Shown here piece after piece: positions 20,002-30,660 of a DNA stretch of 64,000 nt. Under the pieces are notes generated by a model. The model made no database searches and was not told the origin of the DNA. It saw only the letters and a list, made by a program, of their open reading frames with translations. Source of the DNA: an uncultured Bacillus sp. (lineage in GTDB: Bacteria; Bacillota; Bacilli; Bacillales; Cytobacillaceae); contig CAUSCO010000026.1 in assembly GCA_963530265.1 (NCBI GenBank), positions 5,138 to 69,137 on the forward strand, written 5' to 3'. The translations under genes were made by a program, and so were the position numbers. Position 1 is the stretch's first letter, and the number at the start of each line of letters is the position of its first letter.

Positions 20002-20067
20002 CGCCAGCAATGGCGTTTTTTATTTTTCTCAAAATTAGCATCCCAATTAATGGGATGCCTTGTTTTC

Positions 20068-21192
20068 TTACTCAACACCTGGAAACCAGCCTGGAGTATG
20101 AATAATCGCCTGCCACAATGGATCCGGCACTACCAACTCCTGCTGTTTACTTTTATCGATTTTTGTTACAATTTCTTCCTCTCTGCCTTCTGCTACCTTT
20201 TGAACCCAGTCAGGATCAATAATCATTTCACGGCCTAAGGCAATGAATGGGATCCCTGTCTGAATTGCATCTAAGGCATCATCTGCGGAATATAGAGAGC
20301 CTACACCAATGACAGGGACTCTTTCGCCCACCCGTTCATGGATAATTTCAATCCTTGCTCTTGTATCCTCAATTCCTCTTCTTGGTTTGGACCAAAAATC
20401 TTGTAAGGAAGCGTGAAGATAATCAACTTTATGATCCGCGAGAGCATCAATTAACATCAATGTTTCAGCCATGGTAATCCCAGGTGTTTCCGCTTCTTCT
20501 GGCGAAAAACGGTAACCAATCATAAATGGTTCCTTTGCATGCTCGGAAACCACCTTTTTAACTTCATCGACAACAGCTAATGGAAAAGTAAGTCTTTTTT
20601 CTAAACTTCCACCAAAGCGGTCATCACGACGATTGGAATGAGGCGAGAAAAATTGCTGGACCAAATAACCGTTTGCTCCATGAATCTCTACCCCATCAAA
20701 GCCTGCTTCAATAGCACGGCGAGTTGTTTCCCCAAAGTCATGAATAATCGAGTCTACTTCTGGTTCCGTTAATTCTCTGGGTACGGGTTTTCCTGTACCT
20801 TCAGCAGGTACGGCACTTGCACTTACCACATCTCCATTTGGTACTAATTCAGGTGGGACTTGCCTTCCCCCATGGAAAATTTGCAGAATGGCTTTTGCTC
20901 CCTGCTCTTTAATCGCAGTTGCGACTTGTCGTAAACTAGGAATTAATTCATCGCGGTCGCCGCCAAATTCTCCGTGAAATCCCTTCCCATTAGCAGTTAC
21001 ATATGTACAAGCCGTGATAACCATGCCCACATCGCTTGAGCGCCTTGCATAATACTTAACCTCTGCATCTGTCACAGTGCCATCAGGATTCGACGAAAAA
21101 TTGGTCATTGGGACCATAACTATTCGGTTTTTTATTTGGACCCCATTAGAAAACGTGAATGGCTCGAATAATGGTGCATATTTTGAATTCAT
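20068..21192 (-). CDS. NADH:flavin oxidoreductase (Old Yellow Enzyme, YqiG-like)
   Basis: QIFHGGR, AGFDGVEIHGANGYL, N.R.D.FGGS, GYRFSPEE. Confidence 0.93.
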   Translation of the reverse strand: MNSKYAPLFEPFTFSNGVQIKNRIVMVPMTNFSSNPDGTVTDAEVKYYARRSSDVGMVITACTYVTANGKGFHGEFGGDRDELIPSLRQVATAIKEQGAKAILQIFHGGRQVPPELVPNGDVVSASAVPAEGTGKPVPRELTEPEVDSIIHDFGETTRRAIEAGFDGVEIHGANGYLVQQFFSPHSNRRDDRFGGSLEKRLTFPLAVVDEVKKVVSEHAKEPFMIGYRFSPEEAETPGITMAETLMLIDALADHKVDYLHASLQDFWSKPRRGIEDTRARIEIIHERVGERVPVIGVGSLYSADDALDAIQTGIPFIALGREMIIDPDWVQKVAEGREEEIVTKIDKSKQQELVVPDPLWQAIIHTPGWFPGVE

Positions 21193-21519
21193 ACGTAATA
21201 TCCCTCCAGTGTTTTAATTCTACCAGTTCCACACTTTCTTGATTTGTGTTTATGAGTGTCATCCGTATTATAAACCAATGATTCCAAGCTTGAAATCAAT
21301 ACGGCTTAGTTTGCCGTTTTCGACTTGGACCAATATTTTTTTATATATGGAACAAAAACAGCTAGTATCCATTATGCAGGACATGCAAACATAAGAAACA
21401 GAATGTCATTTAAAGGGCATTCTGCTTCTTATATTAATACCTTTATAAAATTTTTTAAATAATTGAATTATATTATTGGTGAAAACGATTTACACCCTAA
21501 CCACTCATGGGGAGACTTA

Positions 21520-21660
21520 TTATTGACCTTGTGCACCATTCGGAGTCACTCTTCTAACATGATCATCCTCAAAGTTATTTTTTCGTGCTGCTTCTACTTT
21601 ATCATCTAAAAGTTTCTTTTGATCCACTTCACTTGAAGGGGTTTGCTTGTTTTTTGGCAT
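21520..21660 (-). CDS. small hydrophilic protein (46 aa, below the ORF-track cutoff)
   Basis: AGGAGGT RBS; MPKNKQTPSSEVDQKKLLDDKVEAARKNNFEDDHVRRVTPNGAQGQ. Confidence 0.6.
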   Translation of the reverse strand: MPKNKQTPSSEVDQKKLLDDKVEAARKNNFEDDHVRRVTPNGAQGQ

Positions 21661-21772
21661 AGAAAAATACCTCCTATAATCATTTCAAATTCTCTTTTAT
21701 TTTGCTGCTTTCTCCAAAAAATAATCTTAAATTTATTAAAGAATTCCTTTTTACTCGAACCTGCAAAATCTG

Positions 21773-22606
21773 TTAATGGCTTAAACGCTCTTTTATTTTA
21801 AAAAGAAGAAAACTAACTATAAGGGTGATAAATGAAAAAAGTAAAGTAATACTTGAAAAAGCAAGCACATAGGCATTATAGCTAGCAAGTTTAACAATAA
21901 TCCTATAGCTATCCAACTGTAGCATCCCTGAAACCAAATTAAATAATAATAGTACAAAAAAGATCATTACCAGTCCTTTGGCTGCCCCCTGAATATCAGC
22001 TTTACTTAAAGCAATGTGCGAAGATATACTAATAGCTATGATTAAAAACAACCAAAATTGTGGATTTATAAAATTTTCAAGAGTAAAAAGACTTTCACAT
22101 ATGACTAACACAGATACAGCTACTGTTTTTAATATAGTTATATCCAATTGATCAATAGTCATATGTTGATGAATTTCTGATTGAAAGGCGGTATAAGAGT
22201 GAGGTACCAAAAAATACATACTTAAAATAAGCGAACCTATTCCACTAAATATAGGACCGATACCAATAAAAAAATTTCCAACTTGCTGATACATACTACC
22301 AGGGTTGTATTGATGCTCCACAAACCCAAGTACGCCATTACGATTGTTGAATTGTAATAATTTGAACCTTGTGACACGATGACCCCAAATGAAACACTGG
22401 ATAAGATGTCCGATTTCATGGATGGGTGTCCCAATCCAAGCTGTCGCAATGATTGCCTTAGGTCCAAATGCCCGTCCTAAGTAACTATTAGAATACCTTT
22501 CCATAACCCCAAGGATAAGACCAATAATCATGATTACAGCTAGTAGATACAACAATTCAACACAACTTAATAATAAGGTATTAAAAAAAGATAACAGGAA
22601 ATTCAT
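21773..22606 (-). CDS. membrane protein with HExxH motif (M50-like metalloprotease)
   Basis: GTPIHEIGH plus multiple TM segments. Confidence 0.65.
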   Translation of the reverse strand: MNFLLSFFNTLLLSCVELLYLLAVIMIIGLILGVMERYSNSYLGRAFGPKAIIATAWIGTPIHEIGHLIQCFIWGHRVTRFKLLQFNNRNGVLGFVEHQYNPGSMYQQVGNFFIGIGPIFSGIGSLILSMYFLVPHSYTAFQSEIHQHMTIDQLDITILKTVAVSVLVICESLFTLENFINPQFWLFLIIAISISSHIALSKADIQGAAKGLVMIFFVLLLFNLVSGMLQLDSYRIIVKLASYNAYVLAFSSITLLFSFITLIVSFLLFKIKERLSH

Positions 22607-22942
22607 CCTTATCCTAATTCCTTTCGTTTTATGTCTTTTTCAACCATCTTATACGAATATCTTGAATCTATTCAATGTTAATGCCTTTCCCAACAATTAA
22701 TAGCTATTGAAAAGAAAAGCTTTGTTTCCTTTAAAAATAAAATGCATATATTAGGTTGATTTTAATTACCTTCTTTAATGGACTTTTCTATTTATTTTCC
22801 ACATTGACCAATTTACTTTCTGGTTTTATTGAGTTACTTTTATTCAAACTACTTACCATCATTCCGCATTTGTTCTGCAAATGCCGGTACACTGTCAGAT
22901 ATAAAAAACGCTGCTTTATCAGTAATTTCATCTTCTAAAAAT

Positions 22943-22968
22943 GTTTCAACTACTGTTGTGAAGGGTAC
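22943..22968 (+). promoter_or_regulatory. sigmaB promoter
   Basis: GTTTCA-N14-GGGTAC upstream of a general stress gene. Confidence 0.7.
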
Positions 22969-23003
22969 TTTAATTTCGAGTCTTGAATAAGGAGTTGATT
23001 GCT

Positions 23004-23519
23004 ATGAGCAAAAAAATTGCTGTATTGGTAACTGATTATGTTGAGGATTCTGAATTTGCTGAGCCAGTGCAGGCCTTTAAGGAAAAGGGTCATAAGGTAA
23101 CCACAATTGAAATGGAAAAGGGAAAAACAGTTAAGGGTAAGCAGGGAAAGAGTGAAATTGTCATTGATGAAAGCATTGATGATGTCTCACCTGAGGAATT
23201 TGATGCACTCTTCATACCGGGTGGATTTTCACCAGATATTCTACGGTCGGACGATCGTTTTGTAAGTTTCGCCAAAGCATTTATGGATGCAAAAAAACCT
23301 GTATTAGCCATTTGCCACGGACCCCAACTACTAATCACTGCTGAAACACTTCAAGGGCGAGCTGTAACAGGGTATAAATCGATTCAAGTAGATTTAAAAA
23401 ATGCAGGCGGTAATTTACAAGATAAAGAAGTCGTCGTGTGCCAGAATCAGCTGGTTACAAGCAGACAGCCCGATGATATACCAGCGTTTGTTCGGGAATC
23501 CTTGCGCATTTTAGGATAG
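23004..23519 (+). CDS. PfpI/DJ-1 general stress protein (YfkM/YraA-like)
   Basis: EDSE, IPGGFSPD.LR, AICHGPQ, VTSRQPDD. Confidence 0.92.
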   Translation: MSKKIAVLVTDYVEDSEFAEPVQAFKEKGHKVTTIEMEKGKTVKGKQGKSEIVIDESIDDVSPEEFDALFIPGGFSPDILRSDDRFVSFAKAFMDAKKPVLAICHGPQLLITAETLQGRAVTGYKSIQVDLKNAGGNLQDKEVVVCQNQLVTSRQPDDIPAFVRESLRILG

Positions 23520-23837
23520 CAGAAAGGGAAGTAAGAACTTTTTTATTAGGAAACATTCTGAAATGATCTAAACACCAAAAAGAGCAGGAGTACACGCCCC
23601 TGCTCTTTTATTTAAATGAATCTATTAGATTTTTTATTCAAATTGTAGTTTATAATCTTCTGACTTAATCAACAAAAATTTTTAACACTTTACAGCAAAC
23701 AAGCATAAAAGCATTAAAGTAAATACAAAAAAATACATCTTTGTATTAGAGGTTGCCATATTCTTGCTCTATAATAATCATTGTGGCTAAATAATTTTTT
23801 AATTTCTAATTGGACCTCATGTTGTATGAAAGAATGA

Positions 23838-24470
23838 TTAGCGGAGGACGGCGTCGATTCCCTGGTAACCGAAATATAAACCAAAACCAATTAATGATGC
23901 ACCGGAAATGACCGAAATGGTGATTAGACTTTTCACATTCAATAGTCTTCGAAAACCTATAGTGAGTGTAGCAATAAATACATCCCAAAAAGTAAGGCCA
24001 AGAAAAATCATGCTACTGTAAATTAATAGTGACTCAGTGCCATGTGTTTGGGCTGTTTTTGCTAAGACAGAACCATAAATCCCTAACCAAAATAAAATGG
24101 ATAAAGGGCTGGTAATGGACATAAAGAATCCTGTAAGAAAGCACTTAAATAATGATTCCTTATTTCTGCTGTAGGAAAGTGTGAGTGTATTGGCATTTTT
24201 AATACTTTCTAATCCAGAATAAATCAATATAAACCCACCAAATAACCACAGGAAAATTTGGACAATAGGCACTCCTAGAAACTGAACCATTCCTACATAT
24301 ACCATAAACATAAAGATTCCATCCGCAATCATGGACCCAACACCCACAATCCATGCATGCCAAAAACCATTCTTAATCCCCTTATCCAATCGAGCAGAAT
24401 TTACTGGACCAATTGGGGCTGCTAAAGTAAATCCTAAGATGATGTAACTGACCAAAATACTAACACTCAA
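23838..24470 (-). CDS. LysE-family amino acid exporter
   Basis: AAPIGP, G..IAD, GF.....P..ILFW. Confidence 0.88.
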   Translation of the reverse strand: MSVSILVSYIILGFTLAAPIGPVNSARLDKGIKNGFWHAWIVGVGSMIADGIFMFMVYVGMVQFLGVPIVQIFLWLFGGFILIYSGLESIKNANTLTLSYSRNKESLFKCFLTGFFMSITSPLSILFWLGIYGSVLAKTAQTHGTESLLIYSSMIFLGLTFWDVFIATLTIGFRRLLNVKSLITISVISGASLIGFGLYFGYQGIDAVLR

Positions 24471-24672
24471 AAAAACCACCCCACCCGACCTATGTAACAA
24501 CTTGTACATTTTATGAAAAATATTAAGACTCATGTCCCAAAAATGAAATAATTTTTTAGATAAGATAGGAGCATTAATTAAATCAGTGGTTTTATACTGA
24601 AGTTTTGTCTCACATATTTTTTAAAACAAAAAAAGAAGGCGGGCAAATATTCTGCCCAACCCTCAATTTTTA

Positions 24673-24846
24673 CTAACGACGATGTTCAAAAAGGTCAATT
24701 ACACCCAACACTACGTGCGCTAAGCCGAAACCAAATACTGTGTTCGCTAGCATTTTATTAGTCCTGCGGTTCTGCTTTAACGCATAACCTGTAGCTGTAA
24801 CAGCAGTACCCAATGCAGTAGGAATTAATCCTTCACGTACGTTCAT
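24673..24846 (-). CDS. small hydrophobic protein, probably forespore-expressed
   Basis: GAGGGGAG RBS; sigmaF/G-like GTATA-N14-GGCAAAAATA at 24896-24924. Confidence 0.7.
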   Translation of the reverse strand: MNVREGLIPTALGTAVTATGYALKQNRRTNKMLANTVFGFGLAHVVLGVIDLFEHRR

Positions 24847-25113
24847 TGTATAATCTCCCCTCACATACATGTTAGTGGTGACAAAACACCAACCTTATTT
24901 TTGCCGTGGCCGGAGGAATTATACTTAATTTTTTTCTAACACAATATGTTACTTTTCAATTTTTTTCTTAAAATAATATCAGTGGATTTTACCAAAATAA
25001 TGCAATGAATTGGGGAAAAGTTCACCTTTGGTTGCTAGGTTGTGCATTCTATTCCATGTGATACCAAAAAAAGATCTTTCGGTTTAAAGTAACATAGCAA
25101 GATGAAAAGTTAC

Positions 25114-25569
25114 TTAAGAATTTTTGATTCTAGTAATTCCAAGCGCCGTATGATCCCATAAAATTTTTTCAACAGTTTCCCATTGATGATCTTCACAACG
25201 GACCATGAGGACAATTTCGGAGGTAATATTTTTACCTCCTCTTTTATCTTTTTTAACCATTAGTAATTTTATAATAAGGCCTAAAGCCAATCCTGTAACA
25301 GCCCCAATTATCCCCCATATAATAGGACCCCACTTTAAAACATATCCGTATATTGTACCCAAGAGCATCAAACATGTCCCTAAAATAGCGGCTGCATCAA
25401 ATAGACTAAATCCGTCAGCTCTGTGAATCGTATCAAAAAGCTGTCGTGGTTCCGTTCTTTTATCAAGTGGGGCAGCTAATATTTTTTCCTTTGAGATTTC
25501 CTTCTGTTCAAGGGCTGAAATAGCTAATTCAATAAAAACTGAATTCTCGAACGTGGCAATAACAAACAT
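25114..25569 (-). CDS. hypothetical membrane protein (2 TM)
   Basis: Gly-rich TM hairpin; lies directly behind the upstream gene. Confidence 0.75.
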   Translation of the reverse strand: MFVIATFENSVFIELAISALEQKEISKEKILAAPLDKRTEPRQLFDTIHRADGFSLFDAAAILGTCLMLLGTIYGYVLKWGPIIWGIIGAVTGLALGLIIKLLMVKKDKRGGKNITSEIVLMVRCEDHQWETVEKILWDHTALGITRIKNS

Positions 25570-25587
25570 ATTATTCACACTCACTTT

Positions 25588-26361
25588 TTATAGAGGGAAT
25601 ATAAAATCTTTATGTTGGTAATGATTTCGTAAATATATTGATAGTTCCTTTTCAAACAATTTGTTGTATTCAATTGCTGAGACGTAAGCATCATACAGGA
25701 TGAATAAGTATATGGACGGGACATAAATAGTCCATTGCATATTCAGTACTTGTTTAGCTTGAACAAAATCACCACCCATGGTAAAGTGGATAGCCTGTGG
25801 AATATGTCCAAAATACATGATGGCTACTATATAAGTAAAAATAAAGAATCCTGACATTACTTTATGTAGATATAGATGTCCAAGACCAGGAAATATAACG
25901 GACCATAATAACGCGACCCACGGTTTTCGTTTATCCAAGTAGTTGAGATCCCAAGCACCCATCATAATATTCAAGATTGGAGCATCCTCTCGATCCGCCA
26001 ATAAATACTGCTTGTTTAAATCTACTGTTGATCGATAACTGTCCCAAATTCCAAACATATAAATACCGAGGTACAGAATGAGCCATCTTTCATCCAGTAC
26101 TTCTTTAGCTTTATCAAAATCCCCCAATAAGGTATAAAAAATTCCAAGGTTTACTTTCGCCATACTATTAATAAAGGATTCCCAAAGAATAAGAATGAAT
26201 GCTGCAGCAAATCGGTGTTGCAAAAGGTGTCCAAACCCAGGATAGGAAAAAGAAAAAAAAGCTACCACCCAAGGATTTTTTAAATGAAGTTGTGCTGTAG
26301 TAAATTGTGATAAATAAGCCCTCTGTCTTCGATATGGAGGCATTTGTTGCAATTTGGTCAC
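25588..26361 (-). CDS. hypothetical membrane protein with internal duplication
   Basis: Two homologous halves: PWV..FFS..YPGFGH and PWV..LWS..FPGLGH. Confidence 0.8.
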   Translation of the reverse strand: MTKLQQMPPYRRQRAYLSQFTTAQLHLKNPWVVAFFSFSYPGFGHLLQHRFAAAFILILWESFINSMAKVNLGIFYTLLGDFDKAKEVLDERWLILYLGIYMFGIWDSYRSTVDLNKQYLLADREDAPILNIMMGAWDLNYLDKRKPWVALLWSVIFPGLGHLYLHKVMSGFFIFTYIVAIMYFGHIPQAIHFTMGGDFVQAKQVLNMQWTIYVPSIYLFILYDAYVSAIEYNKLFEKELSIYLRNHYQHKDFIFPL

Positions 26362-26576
26362 CTTTTCTTAAGAAAAAAAATTCATGCTTTTATTGTTCTT
26401 CAAGTTCTATTATTTATCCACTTTTAGCAAATATTGTTTACTATGAAAATGTAGTAATCAATAATAAAAGACAATAAGGAAATTCAAATGTTTAGTGGAG
26501 AATTTACATCTGCTGTGTTTTCCATTACTCGTTCTCCCCCTATATTTTTTTATGTAAAAAGCCATTTCGATTTAAG

Positions 26577-27242
26577 TTATTGATGTTTTTGGCGATGCAA
26601 TTTTATTATTTCAAAATATTGCGTATCACCTAACCCATATTCCGTAAATTTTTCGAGCAGTGCAAATACAAGTTCTTTAGCTGGAACATCTGAGTGCTTT
26701 TGTATATACAACATAATATCACTGTCTTTATTAAGATAATTCAAATATAATTCAATTCCTTTCTTTAAGAGAGGTGGTTGAATATATTCAGGCATTGTTT
26801 TATCCATCAATACTTGTTTATAAATAGCATAATAGCCCTTCGCCTTAAGAGTAAAATGACTAACGGGTTTAAACTTATCCCCGACTATATGTATATCAAT
26901 TGCATCTTTATGTTCTGCTTGGTCCAACCAAGCAAGTAGGGTTAGGAGATTAATTTGACAAAACATATCGGCATCAAACCATAATGCTATATTTGAAAAA
27001 TTTCCATTAAAAAGTGGCTGCAAAGGTTTTAACGAGTGTTCAGTATATTGTCCTGTTGTTACATGATGAACCTTCGCACGTATTTCGGTGAATTCAGGAG
27101 AAAAAAGATCATTACAGGTGTTTCCATAACACATAGCCTCGTTAAAGGGGACCATCAATTCTTGTTCAAGAAAATGTGTCTCTTTAAAATAATTAAACAT
27201 TGATTGTCCATTTAGAATATGTAATGTTCCTTTTCGAATCAT
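26577..27242 (-). CDS. DUF1835-like hypothetical protein
   Basis: LHILNG, LWFD.DMFCQINLL, YGLGD.QY. Confidence 0.7.
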   Translation of the reverse strand: MIRKGTLHILNGQSMFNYFKETHFLEQELMVPFNEAMCYGNTCNDLFSPEFTEIRAKVHHVTTGQYTEHSLKPLQPLFNGNFSNIALWFDADMFCQINLLTLLAWLDQAEHKDAIDIHIVGDKFKPVSHFTLKAKGYYAIYKQVLMDKTMPEYIQPPLLKKGIELYLNYLNKDSDIMLYIQKHSDVPAKELVFALLEKFTEYGLGDTQYFEIIKLHRQKHQ

Positions 27243-27330
27243 TGTTGATAACTCCTTCTTCTTTTCATTATTTTTCATTGTCTATTGTTCTCAGTAAAAA
27301 AGAAACGCAATTCTTCAAAGAGAATTGCAT

Positions 27331-28242
27331 TCACTTTACAGATAAGGTATTATTTTTTCCATAATTTCTTAGGGCAAAATAGGTAAAAACTGAAAGAGTA
27401 ATAATGGACCAAAGCAATGAAGTTTTAGGATTAATATTTGTTACCACAAATAAAGATGGGAGTTTTCCAAACACAGAGTTGTCCATGGTCAAAAACCAAC
27501 CAAGAAACATATTATTTGCTGCATGGGCACCAATCGTTAATTCTGCACTGTTTGTTCTTGCTGTGATGTAACACCAGAAAATGCCCATAAGTACATAATC
27601 ACTGCCAACAAAAAAGGCTGAATAGCTCATCTCAGGATTAGTAAAATGAAGGGAGCCAAAAATTAAGCCTACAATTATAGATAATAGTAGTAAATTATTA
27701 ATCTTGCGACCAAACCATTGCATTAGGTATCCCCTGAAAAAAACCTCTTCTGCAGTGGTTTGAATCGGCGTTAATATTAAAACAAATATAAATAGTTTTA
27801 GAAAATCTTGAACTTTAAAATCATTTACCGCATAATCACCAGGATTTAATAGAGCATCTATCAGGGTTGTTCCTGCCACAAGGCTAAAATATATGGCAAA
27901 TCCCCAAAAAATCTTTTTCCAGTTAATTTTTTGATTTGGAGTAATTAGAGATTTAAATTTTCGTTTATGTATGAGTCTTATAAATAGGAACAGTCCTATT
28001 ATCCACACAATATATATTAAATTAGAAAAAACGAAATCATAAACTGGTTCAACGTTAACACCAATCATATTCTCACTATCAAAATACGTTTTTGGATTCC
28101 CATCAGATTCAGCATATATAGCTAAAGCAATGAAATACACAATTGACCCAAGTAACATAAACGCAAGAAAAACAAAAAATGATAATAAATACCTTTTCCA
28201 ATTGTTTTTCCCCTTGTTCATTTTTATAAAATTACCTTCCAA
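27331..28242 (-). CDS. CPBP (Abi/CAAX) intramembrane metalloprotease
   Basis: EEVFFRG, FGSLH, HAANN motifs. Confidence 0.9.
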   Translation of the reverse strand: MEGNFIKMNKGKNNWKRYLLSFFVFLAFMLLGSIVYFIALAIYAESDGNPKTYFDSENMIGVNVEPVYDFVFSNLIYIVWIIGLFLFIRLIHKRKFKSLITPNQKINWKKIFWGFAIYFSLVAGTTLIDALLNPGDYAVNDFKVQDFLKLFIFVLILTPIQTTAEEVFFRGYLMQWFGRKINNLLLLSIIVGLIFGSLHFTNPEMSYSAFFVGSDYVLMGIFWCYITARTNSAELTIGAHAANNMFLGWFLTMDNSVFGKLPSLFVVTNINPKTSLLWSIITLSVFTYFALRNYGKNNTLSVK

Positions 28243-28342
28243 CACACTACCCCCTAAGTTCTTTTTCTTATCAAGAATATAAACTTGCTCCTCCCTACCA
28301 TTTTTATTCATTTATGAGAAAGAGAAGTACCAACAATATCCT

Positions 28343-28834
28343 TTAAAAATAAAGATGTTTACTCATATTGTACCAAATTACTCCACCATGCTGAGAGCTT
28401 GAAATACCATTATTGCGGAACCCGTGTTTTGCATAAAAATTAATTAATTCAGCTCTGCATGTGAGTGTAATGGTTTCACGTTTTTTTCCTCTTGCTTCTT
28501 TTTCTAAATGTGCAAGTAACGCGGTTGCCACACCACGTTTTTGAAAATGTGGTGACACTGCTAAACCTAAAATACTTTGATGACCCCCAGCAGTGGGATT
28601 TTCCTTTATTCTATGAAAGAGGTCATCTGTAATGTGGGCTGTTTCAATGATAGGTCCATTGATCAAACCCACGATCACCCCTTCTTGTTCAGCTACAAAA
28701 AAACTATCCGAAATAGTTTGGATGCGCTTTTCAAATGCTTCTTTTGTCGCAGCTTCTTCTGGTGTAAAGCAGAGATTTTCAATCACGATAAGATTAGGTA
28801 AATCTTCTATTTCTACATTACGTATGTTTAACAC
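28343..28834 (-). CDS. GNAT N-acetyltransferase
   Basis: LAVSPHFQKRGVA, FYAKHGF, HGG..WY.M. Confidence 0.9.
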   Translation of the reverse strand: MLNIRNVEIEDLPNLIVIENLCFTPEEAATKEAFEKRIQTISDSFFVAEQEGVIVGLINGPIIETAHITDDLFHRIKENPTAGGHQSILGLAVSPHFQKRGVATALLAHLEKEARGKKRETITLTCRAELINFYAKHGFRNNGISSSQHGGVIWYNMSKHLYF

Positions 28835-29114
28835 AGACAGCACTCCTCTTGATAAAACCACTTCTTTAGATACAGTTTGACATTCATTTCATTTTGTTGT
28901 TTTCATCAACAATATTGTTATAATTCAAGATTAACTTCATCGATTTAAATTTTCAATAAAAAGAACATAGAGCACTAAGGCCAGACAGGTCAATAAGCAC
29001 TGAGTCATTTGAAAGCTTACAAATTTAAAATCAGACACTTTCTTTTCTTTCATGAAAAAATCCAAAGGAAAAACCCCAATTAATGTCGAATTACTAGATA
29101 AAGGGGTTGGCCCA

Positions 29115-29327
29115 ATGGATAAATCTAGTTTATTAAAAAGTCTTCGCAATTCCAGTAAGGGTAATTTGTTTTCAACAGAAATTCCAAAAGCAACAAAAGA
29201 AGATGAAAAAAACATTGAAGCTTTGGTAAAGGAATTAGAAAGTGAAGGAAAAATCAAGTTGAGAGAAATTATACAGCGTGAATATTCTGTTTATGTACAA
29301 GGAATAATTAAGTATATTTCTGACTAA
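29115..29327 (+). CDS. small hypothetical protein (~70 aa)
   Basis: AAGGGG RBS before ATG 29115. Confidence 0.55.
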   Translation: MDKSSLLKSLRNSSKGNLFSTEIPKATKEDEKNIEALVKELESEGKIKLREIIQREYSVYVQGIIKYISD

Positions 29328-29710
29328 TTTTCTACATTCTTATTGGAGTGCCGTACAAAAAGATCCGAAAAACAACAATCAAACTGTGTTAAAAGGAAAA
29401 ATAATGGGCTGTTCAAAGCAGCCTATTATTTTTTTTGCCCTCTTCCTCATATTTCTCCCACTATTTAGGTAAATATTCCCTATTTCTGTAAGTCAGATTT
29501 TATTACGTTTGTATATATCAGAAATCGATTCAACATACTAGGCAATTACCCATTTTTACTAATGACAAGAACCCAAAATTTTGTCCGGTCATATGGTAGG
29601 TTAGAAACTTGATTGGGTTAGTCGACCATTAAAAAGGGTTTTATCTTAACTAGCTCCTTTATTCCTTTTAACTAGTCGATTTAATAAATTTTTAAAGGGA
29701 GAGGTTTTAT

Positions 29711-30595
29711 TTGAGGAGGTTAATCATTCTTGCCTTAATTGGCTTGGCCGCTCAGTTAGTCGATGGTTCATTAGGGATGGCTTATGGAGTTACATCCACT
29801 TCATTATTATTAATGTTTGGGATTGCACCAGCAGTTGCTTCTGCCTCTGTGCACATGGCAGAAGTAGTAACAACTGCGGCATCAGGCGTTTCGCACATCC
29901 GCTTTGGAAATGTTGATAAACATGTTGTCTTTAAATTAATCATTCCTGGTTCAATTGGAGCTTTTATTGGTGCTTGTTTTTTAGGCAGCATCCCTGGTGA
30001 TGTAGTTAAACCATATGTATCCTTCTTTCTATTGATTTTAGGTGTCTATGTCATTTATCGTTTTCTATTTAAATTCAAACCTACGAATCAACTCTCAGGT
30101 AAGCAATTGGGGAAAAAGCAATTGATTCCGCTCGGTTTTATTGCTGGCTTTTTTGATGCTACTGGAGGCGGAGGCTGGGGGCCAATCGCAACACCCTTTT
30201 TGTTAACAAGCAATAAAATGGAACCAAGAAAGGTAATTGGTTCGGTGGATACAAGTGAATTTGCCATTGCAATTGCGTCTACACTAGGCTTTCTTTTAAC
30301 ATTAGGATGGACACAAATTAATCTACAATGGGTCCTTGCCTTAATGATTGGGGGAATTATTGCTGCTCCTATTGCAGCCTGGTTAGTCAAGATCATCCCT
30401 ACGAACCTTTTAGGAACGTTGGTCGGTGGAATTATAATTATCACAAATATCCGAACTTTATTAGGGGCATTAGCTGTATCACATACTTTTAGTATTTTCA
30501 CCTACACTGTCCTTGCTATTCTTTGGGCAGCAGCGGTAGTGAATGTAAGTTTGAAGATCAAAAAAGGCAGCTATAATAAACAGTTTGCAGAGTAA
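29711..30595 (+). CDS. TauE/SafE sulfite-exporter family protein (YtnM-like)
   Basis: DGSLGMAYG, DATGGGGWGP, VIGSVDTSEF. Confidence 0.9.
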   Translation: MRRLIILALIGLAAQLVDGSLGMAYGVTSTSLLLMFGIAPAVASASVHMAEVVTTAASGVSHIRFGNVDKHVVFKLIIPGSIGAFIGACFLGSIPGDVVKPYVSFFLLILGVYVIYRFLFKFKPTNQLSGKQLGKKQLIPLGFIAGFFDATGGGGWGPIATPFLLTSNKMEPRKVIGSVDTSEFAIAIASTLGFLLTLGWTQINLQWVLALMIGGIIAAPIAAWLVKIIPTNLLGTLVGGIIIITNIRTLLGALAVSHTFSIFTYTVLAILWAAAVVNVSLKIKKGSYNKQFAE

Positions 30596-30660
30596 AAGAA
30601 AAGCCATAAAGAGTATTTATCCTCTTTATGGCTTTTCGGTTTTATACAGAAACTGCTGTA

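Noticed and set aside
22756..22938. 60-aa ORF and short opposite-strand frames upstream of the PfpI gene
   Set aside because: No RBS and no recognisable family; could be a relic but I cannot support it
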